DNA of 64,000 nucleotides from Patescibacteria group bacterium (GTDB taxonomy: Bacteria > Patescibacteriota > Patescibacteriia > Buchananbacterales > UBA6539), in assembly GCA_041649675.1 (NCBI GenBank), contig JBAZMQ010000006.1:7003-71002 (forward strand). Reading direction: 5' to 3'. Under the pieces are notes generated by a model that was not told the origin of the DNA, did not search any database, and saw only the letters and a program-made list of their open reading frames with translations. A program made the position numbers and the translations under genes. Shown here piece by piece: positions 1-11,156 of this stretch. Position 1 is the stretch's first letter. Every line of letters starts with the position of its first letter.

Positions 1-86
1 AAAAATGAAAAAAATAAAGAAGGCGCACTGACCGATTTCTTCAATCGGAATCCAAAAATTGATTTTGCCAATCTCTAATCAATATT

Positions 87-689
87 ATGCATCACCAAAG
101 ACGATTTTTTTGTCGCTTTAGAAAAACCAAACCACTGTTTAACAAACAGCTTAAAGTCTTGCTGGTTACAAACTCAATGATTTTAGTGGCCATTGCTATG
201 CTGGGTCCAATTTATGCTCTCTTTGTCGGCAAAATCGGCGGCGACTTACTAGATGCGAGTTTAACCAGCGCCATGCTGGCGTTTGCTGCCGGCGTAACTT
301 CTTTGGCCACCGGGGTATTTTCGGACAAAGTTAAAGAAAATGAATTAATCGTTGTGGCTGGTTATATTATCGTTGGTATCGGATTTTTGCTTTACACTAT
401 TTGCGATTCAATTTGGTTTTTATTATTAATCCAAGTTATCATCGGTTTAGGTGAAGCCATTTATAATCCGGCTTTTGATGCGGTTTATTCAAAACATTGC
501 ACTGACGACCACGTTGGCAAACAATGGGGAGCTTGGGAATCAATTAATTCATTTTCTATTGCCGGCGGAGCGGTAATCGGCGGTTTAATTGCTACCTCCT
601 TAGGCTTTAATGCTTTATTTATCACTATGGCTTTGCTCTGTTTTTCCAGTGCCATTTATATCTATCAACTGCCCAGAAAACTACTCTAG
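87..689 (+). CDS. hypothetical polytopic membrane protein (MFS-like half-transporter?)
   Basis: 200-aa ORF with about 6 hydrophobic segments. An in-frame TGA at 60-62 precludes an upstream extension. Confidence 0.5.
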   Translation: MHHQRRFFCRFRKTKPLFNKQLKVLLVTNSMILVAIAMLGPIYALFVGKIGGDLLDASLTSAMLAFAAGVTSLATGVFSDKVKENELIVVAGYIIVGIGFLLYTICDSIWFLLLIQVIIGLGEAIYNPAFDAVYSKHCTDDHVGKQWGAWESINSFSIAGGAVIGGLIATSLGFNALFITMALLCFSSAIYIYQLPRKLL

Positions 690-690
690 T

Positions 691-719
691 TTGACAAAAG
701 AATTTTGATCTGCTAAATT
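691..719 (+). promoter_or_regulatory. candidate sigma70-type promoter TTGACA-17-TAAATT driving the T-box leader
   Basis: TTGACA at 691-696, a 17-nt spacer, TAAATT at 714-719. Confidence 0.4.
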
Positions 720-744
720 AGAATATATTCATTAACAACTACAA

Positions 745-1003
745 AACCTAGGAAGCGTGTCTCCGGCTTTACGTCGGAGGTTGGGCACGCTGAGGTGATT
801 GCTGCGCTAGTGGCAATCCGGGCCAGCCTGCCGTAATCACAGGCCACAGTGTGTTGGTCTTTTGACATAAAGCACTGAAAGTGAGCAGTTAACTGTTAAA
901 GAGTTAATTGTTAATCCAGGGTGGTACCGCGGAAAGTCCAAGACCTTTCGTCCCTTAATCTCGGTTTTTTATCGAGGCTAAGAGATGAGAGGTTTTTTTG
1001 TTT
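745..1003 (+). promoter_or_regulatory. T-box riboswitch leader (probably tRNA-Trp responsive) with terminator
   Basis: Canonical T-box sequence AATCCAGGGTGGTACCGCGG at 913-932. The first ~40 nt form a GC-rich stem (GCGTG/CACGC plus CTCCG/CGGAG). Downstream hairpins are followed by U-tracts at 968-977 and 993-1003. The downstream genes are trpB2 and trpS. Confidence 0.8.
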
Positions 1004-1052
1004 GCCCAATGATGAAATTTAAACGTTCTTTAAGCTAGAAGGAGAGGGCTTT

Positions 1053-1397
1053 ATGCCAAAAACAATAATCGCCGTGGTTGAAAAGATACCTTTAGCGGCT
1101 GCTAGCCAACGTTGGCGCGCCGAACTCAAAGGTAACAGTGAAATTAGTGTCTGCAAAGCTACTTGGCAGCAGGCCGCTGAGGCTTTAAGACAAATGCTTG
1201 AAGCGGAAGAATGCCAGGTTACAACCAAGACTTATGAAGTTGAACACCGCCTTTTTTACCCAGACACTGAACTCATCAGCTACCGAGACGGGAAACGAGC
1301 TTGTGGCGATCCCTTAATGACTTATCTGCGCAATAGTCATATTGAGAGTTGCCGTAAGTGCCAACAACGCCTGGCCGAGTTATCCATCAACCCTTAA
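1053..1397 (+). CDS. hypothetical protein (114 aa, C-terminal CxxC)
   Basis: Strong RBS AGGAGAG lies 7 nt upstream of the ATG. No recognisable family. First ORF after the T-box. Confidence 0.55.
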   Translation: MPKTIIAVVEKIPLAAASQRWRAELKGNSEISVCKATWQQAAEALRQMLEAEECQVTTKTYEVEHRLFYPDTELISYRDGKRACGDPLMTYLRNSHIESCRKCQQRLAELSINP

Positions 1398-1404
1398 ACA
1401 CATT

Positions 1405-1451
1405 GCTGTCAGAGGAAAAAATCAGCTTTCCTCTGACAGCCAACTTTTTCC
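1405..1451 (+). terminator. hairpin GCTGTCAGAGGA-N12-TCCTCTGACAGC followed by a weak T tract
   Basis: Perfect 12-bp inverted repeat at 1405-1416 and 1429-1440, then CAACTTTTTCC. Confidence 0.45.
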
Positions 1452-1584
1452 AACTAAATCAAATTAATATACCAAATTTTAAACCAAGACTATGGCAAAA
1501 AAATATTTATTTAAAAATCGGGCCCAAGAGTTCTGGCCTCCCAGCACCTAGAGCCTAAAACCTAACTTACTAACAACTAACCTT

Positions 1585-2880
<1,296 letters not shown>

Positions 2881-2890
2881 AAAATCAGTA

Positions 2891-2926
2891 ATTTGCAGGC
2901 GCGAAAGCACCCTCGCGCCTGCAAAT
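2891..2926 (+). other. 13-bp perfect stem hairpin between trpB2 and trpS (no T tract)
   Basis: TTTGCAGGCGCGA-N8-TCGCGCCTGCAAA. Confidence 0.4.
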
Positions 2927-3065
2927 AGGGGTTTGGCCCGTTAATTAGTGAAAACATTAATTTAAAATTATCCTTGTTGATTACCAATGGTTCTAAAAAA
3001 TGACTAGCTGTAAATTATTAAGCGATGGGGTTTACATCATCACTCACAAGTATTAAAATAAGTAT

Positions 3066-4037
3066 ATGTCTAAAGAAATAATTTTGTCGGGCATTAGACC
3101 GACAGGAAAATTGCATATTGGAAACTATTTAGGTTCCCTGGCCAACTTCGTGGAATTGCAAAATCAATACGAAGGCTATTTTTTTATTGCTGATTTACAT
3201 TCCCTAAATGAGCCGTTTGATCCCAAAACCAAATACCAACAAATAATTAATTTGGCCAAAGATTATATTGCCGCCGGTCTTGATCCAAAAAAATGTACGA
3301 TTTTTGTTCAATCTCACATTCCCCAACATGCCGAATTAGCAATAATTTTAGCCAACACCATCCCGGTTTCTTTCTTGTACCGAATGACTCAATTTAAAGA
3401 AAAATCAAATGACCGAGCCAAGGAAAATGTTAATGCCGGTTTATTATATTACCCAGTTTTAATGGCCGCCGACATTTTAGCTTATAAATCAACGATTGTA
3501 CCAGTTGGTCTAGATCAAACGCAACACGTTGAATTAGCCAGAGATGCTGCCGGATTTTTCAATAATAAATTTGGCAAGATTTTTCCCGAACCTAAACCGC
3601 TTTATACCAAGATTCCAAAAGTCATGAGCTTATTAGCACCAGACAAAAAAATGTCCAAAAGTTTGGGCGATAGTCATTGCATTTATATTGATGATGAGCC
3701 CGAAATAATTAAACAAAAATTAGCCAAAGCGGTAACGGATACTGGCGATGGTAAAAGTTTGGGTGCTAAAAATCTTTTAGACTTGGTAAAAATATTTTCC
3801 GATCAAAAAGTTTATTCCAAGCTAGCCGAGGACAGCAAAAATGGCAGTTTAAAATACTCAGAACTCAAACAACAACTAGCTGCTGATATTGCAAATTATT
3901 TTTCCGACTTTAGAAAAAAGAAAAAACAAATCACTGATGAGCAGATAGAAAAAATTCTGACTGGCGGAAACAAAAAGGCCCAAGCCATAGCCCAAAAAAC
4001 TCTGGACGAGGTCAGAAAAAAGATTGGAATTCGATGA
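3066..4037 (+). CDS. trpS: tryptophanyl-tRNA synthetase
   Basis: HIGN (HIGH-class) motif near the N-terminus. KMSKS present. The size and overall pattern fit TrpRS. Confidence 0.9.
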   Translation: MSKEIILSGIRPTGKLHIGNYLGSLANFVELQNQYEGYFFIADLHSLNEPFDPKTKYQQIINLAKDYIAAGLDPKKCTIFVQSHIPQHAELAIILANTIPVSFLYRMTQFKEKSNDRAKENVNAGLLYYPVLMAADILAYKSTIVPVGLDQTQHVELARDAAGFFNNKFGKIFPEPKPLYTKIPKVMSLLAPDKKMSKSLGDSHCIYIDDEPEIIKQKLAKAVTDTGDGKSLGAKNLLDLVKIFSDQKVYSKLAEDSKNGSLKYSELKQQLAADIANYFSDFRKKKKQITDEQIEKILTGGNKKAQAIAQKTLDEVRKKIGIR

Positions 4038-4594
4038 CCACTTTAATAATTGTTTTGTACTCTTTATTAATTATAGTCGCTACCTTTTCTTTACTGCTTT
4101 CACTGCTAATTGGTACTTCCGCTATTGCTGTGTTCATTGTTAAAGTCCCATTTGTTCCTACACCGCAAAAAAATGTAAAAATAGTAATTGATCAATTAGA
4201 TTTAAAACCGGGCCAAATTTTTTATGACTTAGGTTGTGGGGATGCCCGTTTTTTGATTGAAGCGGCTAAGCGCGGGGCGATGGCAACCGGTTTTGAAATC
4301 GCGCCTTGGGCGATTTGGCGGGCAAAACTAAATATCTTTTTTCAAAAAAGCCAAGCTAAAGTTTTATATAAAAATTTTTATAATGTTAATCTAACCGATG
4401 CTGATGCAGTATTTTGCTTTTTAATTGACGTGGTGATGCCAAAAGTTGAAAAGAAATTGCAACAAGAGCTAAAACCAGGAGCGCTAATTGCCTGCTATGG
4501 ATTCAAACTACCAAACTGGCCCCCGGAAAAAATAGTTGATCTTAAACCCTTTGATAAAAGAGCAAGTAAAATATATATTTATAAAAAACATTAA
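4034..4594 (+). CDS. class I SAM-dependent methyltransferase with N-terminal TM helix
   Basis: DLGCGDARF motif I. Overlaps the trpS stop by 4 nt (ATGA). Confidence 0.6.
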   Translation: MTTLIIVLYSLLIIVATFSLLLSLLIGTSAIAVFIVKVPFVPTPQKNVKIVIDQLDLKPGQIFYDLGCGDARFLIEAAKRGAMATGFEIAPWAIWRAKLNIFFQKSQAKVLYKNFYNVNLTDADAVFCFLIDVVMPKVEKKLQQELKPGALIACYGFKLPNWPPEKIVDLKPFDKRASKIYIYKKH

Positions 4595-4610
4595 TAAAAA
4601 ATAAATTTCT

Positions 4611-5858
4611 ATGACTGATCCGTTCAAAAATGCCATGCTGCAGCTAAACAAAGCGGCAAAAATCATGGGGTTAAAAAAAGATTTTCTTAAAAGCCTTTCC
4701 CAACCAAAAAGAATTTTAAAAGCTGAAATTCCCATTACTTTGGATAATGGCAAAAAAGTAAAGTTTAAAGCCTTTCGGGTTCAACACAACAATCGGCGCG
4801 GACCTTACAAAGGTGGCATAAGATTTCACCAACAAGTCAGCCTGGAAGAAGTTAAGGCTTTGTCTTTCTGGATGACAATAAAAACCTCGGTAGTAGGAAT
4901 CCCTTTTGGCGGCGGCAAAGGTGGCATAATTGTTGATCCGCACAAACTTAGCAAAACTGAATTAGAGAGACTCTCGCGGGGCTATATTAAAGCATTTTAT
5001 AAATATATTGGCCCGAAAGTTGACGTGCCAGCACCCGATGTCAATACCAATTCCCAAATTATGGATTGGATGACTGATGAATACACTAAACTGACTGGTA
5101 AAAAACAACCAGCGGTTATTACCGGAAAATCAATTGCGGCGGGCGGGTCGTTGGGCCGAAATACGGCCACAGCTGATGGTGGATTCTTTATTTTGATGAA
5201 TTTGGTCAAAAAATTAAAAATGAAACCGAAAAACACTCGGGTAATTATTCAAGGCTTTGGCAACGTCGGCGGCAATATGGCAGACTCGCTTTATCATGCC
5301 GGCTTTAAAATTGTTGGTGTTTCTGATGCCACCACTGCCATTATTGATCCTAAGAACAAAGGTTTTGACTCTCATGTAATTGAAAAAATAAAAGAAAAAC
5401 ATGGCCGAGTTGATATTTGCACTTGTGAAAAAATTTATTGTCAGTGTAAAAATCATAAACATATAATAAAAGAAAAACTCCTTGAATACCCTTGCGACAT
5501 CTTAATTTTGGCGGCTTTAGAAAATCAAATTACCAAAACCAACGTTAAAAAAATTAAAGCTAAAATTATTTTGGAATTAGCCAACGGACCAACCGCACCC
5601 CAAGCTGAACCGGAACTACTCAAAAAAGGAGTCATAATTATTCCTGATGTTTTGGCAAACGCCGGCGGGGTGACTGTCTCTTATTTTGAATGGCTGCAAA
5701 ACATGAAGAATCAAAAATGGAGTCAAAATCAGGTTAAAACCAAACTCAAACCAATTATGATTAAGGCTTTTGAACAAACTCAAAAAAATGCCAAGCGTTA
5801 CAAAACTGATTTGCGCACGGCAGCTTTTATCTCTGCCTTGGAGAGAATAATCAAATAA
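4611..5858 (+). CDS. gdh: Glu/Leu/Phe/Val dehydrogenase family (glutamate dehydrogenase)
   Basis: KGGIRFH plus GGGKGG motifs and a Rossmann GFGNVGG motif. Confidence 0.85.
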   Translation: MTDPFKNAMLQLNKAAKIMGLKKDFLKSLSQPKRILKAEIPITLDNGKKVKFKAFRVQHNNRRGPYKGGIRFHQQVSLEEVKALSFWMTIKTSVVGIPFGGGKGGIIVDPHKLSKTELERLSRGYIKAFYKYIGPKVDVPAPDVNTNSQIMDWMTDEYTKLTGKKQPAVITGKSIAAGGSLGRNTATADGGFFILMNLVKKLKMKPKNTRVIIQGFGNVGGNMADSLYHAGFKIVGVSDATTAIIDPKNKGFDSHVIEKIKEKHGRVDICTCEKIYCQCKNHKHIIKEKLLEYPCDILILAALENQITKTNVKKIKAKIILELANGPTAPQAEPELLKKGVIIIPDVLANAGGVTVSYFEWLQNMKNQKWSQNQVKTKLKPIMIKAFEQTQKNAKRYKTDLRTAAFISALERIIK

Positions 5859-5961
5859 GTTAAAGCTAAACAAAAACTGGTCGCCTGGGGTAACCGGTTT
5901 TTGTTATAAAAAAAGAGAGCTAGCAGCACAGAACTACTAGCTCTAAAACAACAAGGATCAA

Positions 5962-7458
5962 TCAGCGACCAACGCCGCCTTCGCAATTTCCTACATCGTA
6001 CAACTGATTCAAGATGTAGGCGGGCAAGCCATCTTCGTAAATGGCGATATTCCCAGTCAGCGCGGGCCCTAACTCGGCCTCGTCAACCGGGTAGCCATTG
6101 AAAGGAAAAACAAACGGCACTGGCACACTGGCTGGTTGGCCGTCTGTAATCTCAATCAGATAGCCCAGAAACCGCGCTTGGTCTCGGCCAAGGTCATCCT
6201 GGAACAGGTCGGCTTCAACGCTGGTAGCCAGCGGGGCTTCCAGCTTGGGATAAAGCTGAGGCGAAATTGGGCAGTTCAACCCGGTCTCGTCAGCCATATC
6301 ATATAAACCGCGGACTCTCACCCACAAGTTACTGTGAGCGACCACATCGAACCCGGGAAAGTCAATCACAAGAATTCCCGTCACTGGATCGGGTACCGGA
6401 TTAGTAAGAGAGATACCGGGAAACTCCGGAATTTCTCCCTCACCCTCACTGGCTGGATTGACTTGTACTGTCGCGAAAATCGTATTGTTAATCTCATCGA
6501 TTTCCGCTAATTCATCGGCTGCATCAACCTTCTGAAGCAGCTGTTTTACACCAGCCGAAGTGAAATGACCAGTTGATATTATACTGAATGTCCCGCCCGG
6601 AGGCAACGGCATATCGTGATCAATGCCAGGCAGTCCGTCAAAGACAAAGTCCTCAAAGTTCCGATAGCCACTACACAGCCCAATGCACGAGGTCAGCGGC
6701 TGTGAACCATAATAATGACCCCAAGCCGTAATCGTGACTTCCGCACCAACTGTTAATGGGGTGGCAAAAGTAAACTCGTCTAAGACAAGATCAGACCAGG
6801 CTTCTTGGCCGTCCAATCTAATCATTAAGGCTCGCAGACTGCCACCGGTTGTGAGTAACCAGGTGTCCCAGTTTGAGGAACGCCGGAATGCATTCGCGTA
6901 AGGTGTAAAGGGATTCCAATCCTCCCCAACGTAGAACGTCCCACCGGCTGCAAAAGGATTCCACTGAATCCCGGCAAAGACTTCTGTCTCATTGAGGGTG
7001 ATCCCGACTGGAACATTGAAAAAATTGTCCGCCGGCGAAGATAAATCCTTCACATCCGTTAACAGAGCCGGGATGGAAGCTAATAATACTCCAGGAGCAT
7101 TATCTTCCACGCTATAGAACACTATGTTGCAACTTAAGTCCGGATTTGGACTTTCTGGGACGTTACGCCCCATGGCGACACACAGGCTGTTGACTTGGTA
7201 TGGTACTGGCAAGGTAAAACGCTGAACGAATTCCGCGCTAGTTACTTCAGGGTTTGGCCCGTAACCGATACCACCGTCAATGCTGCCATCGTCCAGGGTG
7301 ATAGCATCGGTACACGTATTCCACTCACCCGTATCCTGATTGAATACGTTTTGGACGAAGTTCGTGTATGAGAACGCGGCGTACCGGAATCTTTCGTTGA
7401 ATGTGTTTGTGTCAAAGGTTTTGCCTTCTTGCAACACATACAACGTATCTACAAACAC
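5962..7458 (-). CDS. GC-rich protein without its own signal peptide; probable frameshifted continuation of 7449..8921
   Basis: Starts with GTG, overlapping the last 10 nt of the upstream ORF in a different frame. Same high-GC composition. No RBS is apparent. Confidence 0.5.
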   Translation of the reverse strand: MFVDTLYVLQEGKTFDTNTFNERFRYAAFSYTNFVQNVFNQDTGEWNTCTDAITLDDGSIDGGIGYGPNPEVTSAEFVQRFTLPVPYQVNSLCVAMGRNVPESPNPDLSCNIVFYSVEDNAPGVLLASIPALLTDVKDLSSPADNFFNVPVGITLNETEVFAGIQWNPFAAGGTFYVGEDWNPFTPYANAFRRSSNWDTWLLTTGGSLRALMIRLDGQEAWSDLVLDEFTFATPLTVGAEVTITAWGHYYGSQPLTSCIGLCSGYRNFEDFVFDGLPGIDHDMPLPPGGTFSIISTGHFTSAGVKQLLQKVDAADELAEIDEINNTIFATVQVNPASEGEGEIPEFPGISLTNPVPDPVTGILVIDFPGFDVVAHSNLWVRVRGLYDMADETGLNCPISPQLYPKLEAPLATSVEADLFQDDLGRDQARFLGYLIEITDGQPASVPVPFVFPFNGYPVDEAELGPALTGNIAIYEDGLPAYILNQLYDVGNCEGGVGR

Positions 7459-8921
7459 CGTTGCTTCGCCGGCGGTTGGGTAGACATCAGGCCTTGAATC
7501 ATCAAAGCCTTCACGAGGTGGTTAGTCAGAGTTGCGATAAACCGCGCCCGGGCATACCGCGAACCAACGTTAGCTGTAATAAAGATTCGCGGTTCAGTAG
7601 AATCCAGTTTGCACAAGAAGTTGTGGTCACCGGCTACTGATCGTAGGGTTAAAAGCGGATCGGTGGTAGAAAATCCATACCACACCATCATGCCGTCGTC
7701 ACTTAGCTGGACCTCGTCGGGAACAAAAATCCCGGCAAAGTTTTGGCCGCCAAGATGTGTGACCCGAACGCCATTACTGGCGTAATAAACGGGATTTTCC
7801 GGAGCAATAATGGTAAAGCCAGCCGCACCCGGCCAAGAATCACCAGGCGGGGCATAACGCCAACTGTACTCGCCAACAGACGTTAACATATAATCAAGGG
7901 TGTAGTCACCACCCGAGAATACGTCCGGGACCAACATTGCCACCATAAAGGTGTCCAAGTTACTGAGATGGATACTAAGTGGATTGAATGGTGAACTCCA
8001 GACAAAAGAGCTTTCATAGTCATCATACTGGGATTCAATCTCCAACCCTTTCCAAGTATCAAATTGCCAGCCAACTTGAGGAAAGCTTTGAATAGTGACA
8101 TCAGTCCCAACTTCAAATTTCATTCCATTGTTTGGCAATGAGTCAACGGCGGCGGGAGATAAAGAAAAGCCACCTTGACCCAAAGGAAATGATTTGACCC
8201 AGAGGTCAACGAGCTCTCCTTCGCCTTCTCCTTCTCCTTCGACACTTCCTTCACCTTCGGGTCGGCCTTCTCCTTCGGAAGGTATGCCAAAGACAGCATA
8301 GATCAACAAGTCACGAGTGACTGTTAGTGTCACTGTTGACTCGGCGCAGGTGTCACCTGAGTCGTGATCAGAATAATACAAAAAATTATCCCGACACGTT
8401 ACTACTGACAAGGTGACTTGGCTGCCAGCCGGATAGGTCGCCTGATTTGGCTCAATACTGACTTGACAGTCAGCTCCTTCCGGTATGAGCTGGACTTCCA
8501 CAAAGAAGCCCAACTCGCCTTCAGTGCCACCAAGACAAAAGCCATCTTCCGTGCCAGCTTCTGGACAAGCGTGATATACGCCAGCGTTGAATAACTGAAT
8601 CAGGCGCAGCAGCTCGGATAAGCTTATTTGCCAGTCCTGCGGCGCATAGTCACTGCTATGGGGTACGCAGTCCTGCGGCAAAGGACTTAATCCGGGAGCA
8701 AAGCCATCTTCCGTGCCGGCTTGGCAATGCAAACCATCCGAGTTAAAAAACTGGATAACGCGCAGTAATTCATTCAGACTGATGGCGCCGTTGCCATCCA
8801 AATCGGCGGAATAAACCGCCTCGGCTTGGTTACAGACAATGATCCCGACAAACACAATTAATGCCAGGATAAAGTTTTGGTTCGGCTTTAGGTTTTTCAA
8901 CGTCAATCTCCTTTTCTTCAA
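7449..8921 (-). CDS. GC-rich secreted protein with signal peptide, two dockerin-like Ca-binding repeats and an acidic EGEG repeat (N-terminal part of a split gene?)
   Basis: Signal peptide MKKRRLTLKNLKPNQNFILALIVFVGII. The repeats DLDGNGAISLNELLRVIQFFN and DWQISLSELLRLIQLFN, each followed by a CxAGTEDGF segment. EGEGRPEGEGSVEGEGEGEGE tract. GC content is clearly above the neighbouring DNA. Confidence 0.6.
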   Translation of the reverse strand: MKKRRLTLKNLKPNQNFILALIVFVGIIVCNQAEAVYSADLDGNGAISLNELLRVIQFFNSDGLHCQAGTEDGFAPGLSPLPQDCVPHSSDYAPQDWQISLSELLRLIQLFNAGVYHACPEAGTEDGFCLGGTEGELGFFVEVQLIPEGADCQVSIEPNQATYPAGSQVTLSVVTCRDNFLYYSDHDSGDTCAESTVTLTVTRDLLIYAVFGIPSEGEGRPEGEGSVEGEGEGEGELVDLWVKSFPLGQGGFSLSPAAVDSLPNNGMKFEVGTDVTIQSFPQVGWQFDTWKGLEIESQYDDYESSFVWSSPFNPLSIHLSNLDTFMVAMLVPDVFSGGDYTLDYMLTSVGEYSWRYAPPGDSWPGAAGFTIIAPENPVYYASNGVRVTHLGGQNFAGIFVPDEVQLSDDGMMVWYGFSTTDPLLTLRSVAGDHNFLCKLDSTEPRIFITANVGSRYARARFIATLTNHLVKALMIQGLMSTQPPAKQRCL

Positions 8922-9157
8922 TCTTTTTTTCAGCCATAAACAGCCACAAGCAACCTAGCTTCTAGCCATAATTTCACTATATTTAAACGGATTTTCAAGG
9001 TTCAATCCTAAAAAAATCCGACTTCTATTTTTAGCACTTTTTTTAAATTTTGTCAAGGTTAAAAAATATCCACCCTTAAATTAAAGATGGATATCGCTAT
9101 ATATAAATTTTAACTAAAATAATTACTATAAAATGCCCTAGCCTGCTCTTTTTTAAT

Positions 9158-9496
9158 TTATTCTTCCTCAGGTCTTTTTATCTCATTAACAAGCCGATAT
9201 CTCGCTTCTTTATCAACATATTTTCTGCCCGCCTCTAAATCAGAAGCTAATAATTCTTTTACCTTGTTACGCAAATTCCCAGTATTAGTAACCCACAAAA
9301 TATTCATTTTACCAGTCCTAACTTCATTAATAATTTCAATTAAAGATGAAGCGGAAAATATTTCTCGACTGCCAGCAATGCAATCGCAGGCCGTAATCAT
9401 TTTAAATAAACTTTGCCAGTTAGTAGCCAAATTAAAATCAATAGTTGGCTCTTCACCTTCGGTCGGATTTGGACCAAATTTTTTTTCCGCAACCAT
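9158..9496 (-). CDS. hypothetical protein (112 aa)
   Basis: ORF only. Its start lies 15 nt after the murI stop. Confidence 0.4.
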   Translation of the reverse strand: MVAEKKFGPNPTEGEEPTIDFNLATNWQSLFKMITACDCIAGSREIFSASSLIEIINEVRTGKMNILWVTNTGNLRNKVKELLASDLEAGRKYVDKEARYRLVNEIKRPEEE

Positions 9497-9511
9497 AAAA
9501 ATTGATAATTT

Positions 9512-10318
9512 TTAAATTAATTCTATTTTTTTTAATTCAATTTTTTGACCCAGCCAACGCTCGGCATTATTTGCAAAATTCTGAGTTAAATCAGTTACTA
9601 AAAATTGATGGTCTTTATTTTTTGCCAACTGCTTTTCAATTTCTGGATGACGGGCTAAATAATCTTTTAAACTGCTGGCAACGATAACGGCTGGATCAAA
9701 AACTTTAATATTTTTGCCGGCGGCTTTTTTAAACTGTTTCAGTAGCATTGGATAATGGGTGCAGCCCAAAATTAAAGTATCAATATTTTTGAGCTTTAGC
9801 GGTCGGACATAATAACGAACAATCTTTTGCGTTTCTGGCCGGTTAATAAAACCTTCTTCAACTAACGGCACTAAAAGCGGGCAGGCCTGCTGCAAAACCT
9901 TAACGGCCGGATTTAAAATTTGCAACTCTCTAATATAGGCATTGGAACTGATGGTTGCCTTTGTCCCAACCACACCAATTCTAGCCAAACTGGAAATCTT
10001 GGTTGCTTCTTGAGCTACCGGCCTGATTACGCCCAAAACTCTACCGGCTGGATAATGTTTAGGCAACCACTTTTGCTGAATTTTTCGCAGAGCTTCAGCT
10101 GAAGCGGTATTACAGGCAATAATAATTAACTTGCAACCCTGCTTGAATAAATAATCAACCGCTTGCTCGGTAAATTTATAAATCAGTTCCTGCGAACGAT
10201 TGCCGTAAGGTGCCCGAGCCGTATCACCCAAATACAAAATTTGGTAATTAGGCAACTGCCTCATTACCTCTTTGGTGACGGTTAAACCGCCAAGACCGGA
10301 ATCAAAAATACCAATCAT
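9512..10318 (-). CDS. murI: glutamate racemase
   Basis: N-terminal IGIFDSGLGGLTV and the second cysteine region GCTHYP. Confidence 0.85.
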   Translation of the reverse strand: MIGIFDSGLGGLTVTKEVMRQLPNYQILYLGDTARAPYGNRSQELIYKFTEQAVDYLFKQGCKLIIIACNTASAEALRKIQQKWLPKHYPAGRVLGVIRPVAQEATKISSLARIGVVGTKATISSNAYIRELQILNPAVKVLQQACPLLVPLVEEGFINRPETQKIVRYYVRPLKLKNIDTLILGCTHYPMLLKQFKKAAGKNIKVFDPAVIVASSLKDYLARHPEIEKQLAKNKDHQFLVTDLTQNFANNAERWLGQKIELKKIELI

Positions 10319-10355
10319 AATTCAGTAATTAAAGCTTGAGATTCGGATAAAAACT

Positions 10356-11120
10356 TTACTTTTTACCCCAGCCGTCAAAAGCGCGCAAAACTTCGGTTGG
10401 AATCATAAAGACAACGGTATTTGACTGATCAGAAGATATGTCGTTAATTGACTGCAAAGTCCGCAAGTGTAAAGCACCGGGCACTTTGGAAAGGGTTTCA
10501 GCTGCCTTGCTTAAATTTTCCGAAGCAATAACTTCACCTTCAGAATTAATAATCACCGCTCGCTTTTCTCTTTCAGCCTCAGCCTGCTTGGCAATCGTTC
10601 GCTTCATGCCTTCAGGCAAAGTAATATCTTTTAATTCAACGTCGGAAATTTGAATACCCCAAGATTCAGAAGATTTATCAACAATCTCTTTAATCCGGCC
10701 AGAAATTTTTTCTCGGTTGGCTAATAATTCATCCAAAGTCACTTCACCGCTAGTGTTTCTCATTGTGGTTTGGGCCAGCTGGGAAATAGCCTGGTTGTAA
10801 TTTTCAACCTCCAACTTAGCTTTGGCCGCATCCGCCACCCGGTAATAAATAACGGCATTGATTTTAACCGAGACATTATCGCGAGTAATCGCTTCTTGAT
10901 CCGGCACATCAGCTACCTTAATTCTGATATCAATCTTAAACATCCGCTGAATACTCAATAAACTGAAAATCCAAGTTAGTCCAGGCTGGCGGGTACCGGT
11001 ATATTTGCCTAAAGTTAAAATTACCGCTCTTTCGTTTTGATCAACTACGCGCAAACCAGACAAAACAATGATGATACCAAAAACAATGATGATACCAAAA
11101 ATAGATAATAGTCCTTCCAT
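10356..11120 (-). CDS. SPFH/band-7 (stomatin/prohibitin-like) membrane protein
   Basis: N-terminal TM helix, then an SPFH core (QNERAVILTLGKY...). Confidence 0.8.
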   Translation of the reverse strand: MEGLLSIFGIIIVFGIIIVLSGLRVVDQNERAVILTLGKYTGTRQPGLTWIFSLLSIQRMFKIDIRIKVADVPDQEAITRDNVSVKINAVIYYRVADAAKAKLEVENYNQAISQLAQTTMRNTSGEVTLDELLANREKISGRIKEIVDKSSESWGIQISDVELKDITLPEGMKRTIAKQAEAEREKRAVIINSEGEVIASENLSKAAETLSKVPGALHLRTLQSINDISSDQSNTVVFMIPTEVLRAFDGWGKK

Positions 11121-11156
11121 AGTTTTGATTTTTAAAAATTAATAAAATTATAATAA

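Noticed and set aside
745-1003. Initial thought that 745-1003 could be RNase P RNA or tmRNA because of GGAAAGTCC
   Set aside because: It lacks the RNase P P4 (AGGAAAGUCCGGGCUC ... ACAGAAACCCGGCUUA) and tmRNA tRNA-like ends. The AGGGTGGTACCGCGG T-box core fits much better.
1358-1558. 66-aa + strand ORF overlapping the end of the T-box-regulated ORF and the hairpin
   Set aside because: It overlaps a better-supported gene and a hairpin. No RBS, low-complexity composition. Likely spurious.
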